A stretch of DNA of 64,000 nucleotides, from the NCBI GenBank assembly GCA_951406725.2, contig OX597818.1, positions 54,002,001 to 54,066,000 of the forward strand, written 5' to 3'. Source of the DNA: Octopus vulgaris (Eukaryota). The notes under the pieces were generated by a model, which ran no database searches, had not been told where the DNA came from, and saw only the letters and a program-made list of their open reading frames with translations. The translations under genes were made by a program, and so were the position numbers. Below are positions 60,598-64,000 of the stretch, one piece after another. Position 1 is the stretch's first letter, and each line of letters starts with the position of its first letter.

Positions 60598-61439
60598 GTT
60601 AGTAGCTTTCTGTTTTCTTATTATTATTTTATAAAACATAATATGCTTCCCAACTACATGGTTCCAGGTTCAATCCCACTGCGTGGCACCGTAGGCAAGT
60701 GTCTAGCCTTAGGCTGACCAAAGCATTGTGAGGAGATTTAGAAGACGGAAACTGACTGGCCCTTGTGCTGATGTCACATAAAAGCACCCACTACACATGG
60801 TTGACGTTAGGAAGGGCATCTAGCTGTAGAAACTCTGCCAGATCAGATTGAGCCTGGTGCAACCTCTGGCTCACCAGTCCTCAGTCAAACCGTCCAACCC
60901 ATGCCAGCATGGAAAGCAGATGTTAAATGATGACGATGATGATGATGATAATTTAGAGATATGCTGTGATTTTGAAGACCCGACAAATGAAGTGAGTTCA
61001 TGGCTCGCAGGACGGCCTGCTGTGCTAACCTTGGATCGTAGAGTGACCCGTTGTTCTTGAGGAGACATATTGAGTCAAGTACATCAACATCAAAAAAAAA
61101 TTCAAATGGAAACTGTAGTTATTACACCCGTGCCAGTGATACGTAAAAAGCACCGTCCGAATGTGACAGATGCCAGCGCCGCCTGGCTGGCGTCCGTGTC
61201 AGTGACATGTGAAAGCACCAATCGATTGTGGCCGTTTGCCATCCTCCTCTGGCCCCTGTGCTGGTGGCACGTAAAAAGCACCCACTACACTCATGGAGTT
61301 GTTGGCGTTAGGAAGGGCATCCAGCTGTAGAAACACTGCCAAATCAGACTAGAGCCTGGTGCAGCCTCCATGGCTTACCAGACGCTGGTCGAACCGTCCA
61401 ACTCATGCTAGCATGGAAAACGGACGTTAAATGATGATG

Positions 61440-61480
<41 letters not shown>

Positions 61481-61729
61481 TCATCATCATCATCGTTTAG
61501 CGTCCGCTTTCCATGCTAGCATGGGTTGGACGGTTCAACTGGGGTCTGGGAAGCCAGAAGGCTGCACCAGGCCCAGTCTGATCTGGCAATGTTTCTACGG
61601 CTGGATGCCCTTCCTAACGCCAATCACTCCGTGAGTATAGTGGGTGCTTTTTACGTGCCACCAGCACAGGTGCCAGATGAGTTTGGCAAACGGCCACGAT
61701 CGGATGGTGCTTTTTATGTGCCACCAGCA

Positions 61730-61764
<35 letters not shown>

Positions 61765-62100
61765 CCTGATCAACAGAAAGTAATAATATTCCCAATTGAA
61801 AATAAACACACACATCTACCTACCTGTTTTTGATATTGTATTGAATAGTTCTGTTTTTCTGAGACAAATGGTAGAATGAAAAAAAAAAAGTATTCAGAGT
61901 AAATAATTACAGCTCCATTTAAAAATTAAAAAAGCAAATTCAGAGACTCCTGTAAAATTACTACTCAACTTTGAGGATTGAACTTCATAAAATTATGTAT
62001 ATTTCTTTCCCAAGTGTTTGTTAAGTTTCAACCTTTGCTGTTTCGCACCACAAAATTTCTCTGTTTAAATGGGTTTTATTTCTGTTGTTTTACTTTGTAG

Positions 62101-62241
62101 CATTCAAGAAAACCTTCCAGTTTATTCTAAATCAGAATGCATCATTCAACTTCTACATGTTTATGGGTGGAACAAATTTTGGATTCATGGCTGGAGCGAA
62201 CGGTCAGAAAGAGAAATATGCACCAGATGTCACTAGTTATG
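62101..62241 (+). CDS. GH35 beta-galactosidase-1-like gene, exon 9 (gene continues beyond window)
   Basis: ttgtag| ... |gtaagt. Encodes (T)FKKTFQFILNQNASFNFYMFMGGTNFGFMAGANGQKEKYAPDVTSY, with the N.YMF.GGTNFG and TSY(DY) motifs. Confidence 0.95.
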
Positions 62242-63113
62242 GTAAGTTTAACCCTTCGGGCTTTCAAACCAACTAAATCTGGTTCAGATATTCCACCTGT
62301 TTTATGTTCAAACTTGCTGGGTACAGCCTCTCACACCTACCCTATATTGTCGCGCAGGAGTGGCTGTGTGGTAAGTAGCTTGCTAACCAACCACATGGTT
62401 CCGGGTTCAGTCCCACTGCGTGGCATCTTGGGCAAGTGTCTTCTGCTATAGCCTAGGGCCGGCCAAAGCCTTGTGAGTGGATTTGGTAGACGGAAACTGA
62501 AAGAAGCCTGTCATATATATGTATATATATATAAGTGTGTGTGTATATGTTTGTGTGTCTGTGTTTGTCCTCCTAGCATTGCTTGACAACCGATGCTGGT
62601 GTGTTTACGTCCCCATCACTTAGCGGTTCGGCAAAAGAGACCGATAGAATAAGTACTGGGCTTACAAAGACTACGTCCCGGGGTTGATTTGCTTGACTAA
62701 AGGCGGTGCTCCAGCATGGCCGCAGTCAAATGACTGAAACAAGTAAAAGAGTAAAGAGTATATCAAAATCTTGAACTCTTTTACTTGTTTCAGTGATTTG
62801 GCTGTAGCCATGCTGGAGCACCATATTTAGTCGAGCAAATCGACCCCAGTACTTCTACTTTGTAAGCCTAGTACTTATTCTATTGGTCTTTTTTGCCGAA
62901 CCGCTAAGTTATAGGGACGTAAACACACCAGCATTGGTTGTCAAGCGATGTTTGGGGAGACAAACACATACATATATATACATATATACGACAGGCTTCT
63001 TTCAGTTTCCGTCTACCAAATCCACTCACAAGGCTTTGGTCAGCCCGAGGCTATAGAAGAAGACACTTGCCCAAGGTGCCACGCAGTGGGACTGAACCCG
63101 GAACCATACAGCA

Positions 63114-63147
<34 letters not shown>

Positions 63148-63685
63148 ACGGGCTTCTTTCAGTTTCCGTCTACCAAATCCACTCACAAGGCTTTGGCTGG
63201 CCAGAGGGTATAGTAGAAGACACCTGCCCAAGGTGCCACAGAGTGGGACTGAACCCAGAACCATGTTGTTGGTAAGCAAGCTACTTACCACACAGTTATT
63301 CCTGAAGGTTATAAATAGTGAACTGGTAAGCTGGGGAGCTGCAGAAAGTTCAAATCTGAAGCCATGCCAAATCAGACTTGAACCTGGTGCAGTTTCCTAG
63401 CTTACCAGTTTTTGGTCTGACCGTCCAACCCATGCCAACATGGAAAGCGGACGTTAAAGGTTGATGATGGGTGCAATGGAATTTGTTGAGGCAGAGTTTC
63501 TACAGCCGGATACCCATTCCGTCACTAACTCTCACCTGTTTCCAGGTAAGGTAACTCTACTCCAAGACCAGACATATTTTTGCAGAAGACTGGAAATGCA
63601 GGATGCCACTTGCACAATGTTGACACTAGTTTACAGCTATTATGTGAAAAAGGAGACACAAACACATGCATACACACACACACAG

Positions 63686-63718
<33 letters not shown>

Positions 63719-63798
63719 CCTATTTCTTTACTACCCACAAGGGGACAAAGAAGGACAGACAAACGGATTAAGTAGATTACATCGACCCCAGTGCATAA

Positions 63799-64000
63799 TT
63801 TAGAGAGTTACTTCCCTTATATAATAGCGAAAAAATTGCATTAAAATGGAAAAAAAATGATGGTAAATTTTTTTTTAAATCGTAGACTCATCGTAGACGC
63901 GCGCTAATACCCCGAAGGGCTCGATATGAATCACGACTATAAGATACCCGGTTTTGGTTAAACTGCACCGCAAAATGTGGGAGTAGTTAGGAATCTAAAT
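63799..64000 (-). mobile_element. Helitron family fragment running off the window end
   Basis: Reverse complement of the interior of 16839-17238. Confidence 0.8.

Overview
AT-rich, repeat-dense animal genomic DNA; the SINE/LINE/microsatellite landscape looks like an octopus (coleoid cephalopod), which is an inference. One protein-coding gene can be reconstructed on the + strand: a glycoside hydrolase family 35 beta-galactosidase-1-like (GLB1L2/3-type) gene. Nine GT-AG exons run from 12062 to 62241 with fully consistent intron phases (361 codons), and the gene continues past the window. About 1 kb upstream lies a 3.7-kb array of 44 x 85-bp satellite units. The introns hold tRNA-derived SINEs (three families), RTE, CR1 and R4-like LINE fragments, a decayed Ty3/Gypsy pol, two mariner elements (one full length with a single frameshift), non-autonomous Helitrons, piggyBac-type MITEs and many fold-back inverted repeats. 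The most unusual observations are these. (1) Four fold-back elements carry minimal type-I hammerhead-ribozyme motifs of the Penelope-associated kind, including a U3-A8 core covariant and one element with a tRNA-like head. (2) A complete tRNA-Ala(TGC) with its 3' trailer is fused to an RTE 3' end and inserted as one unit into a Gypsy RT, resembling a tRNA-LINE chimera or nascent SINE. (3) A Helitron has both its filled and its empty site in the window. Element boundaries were read by eye; no database searches were run.
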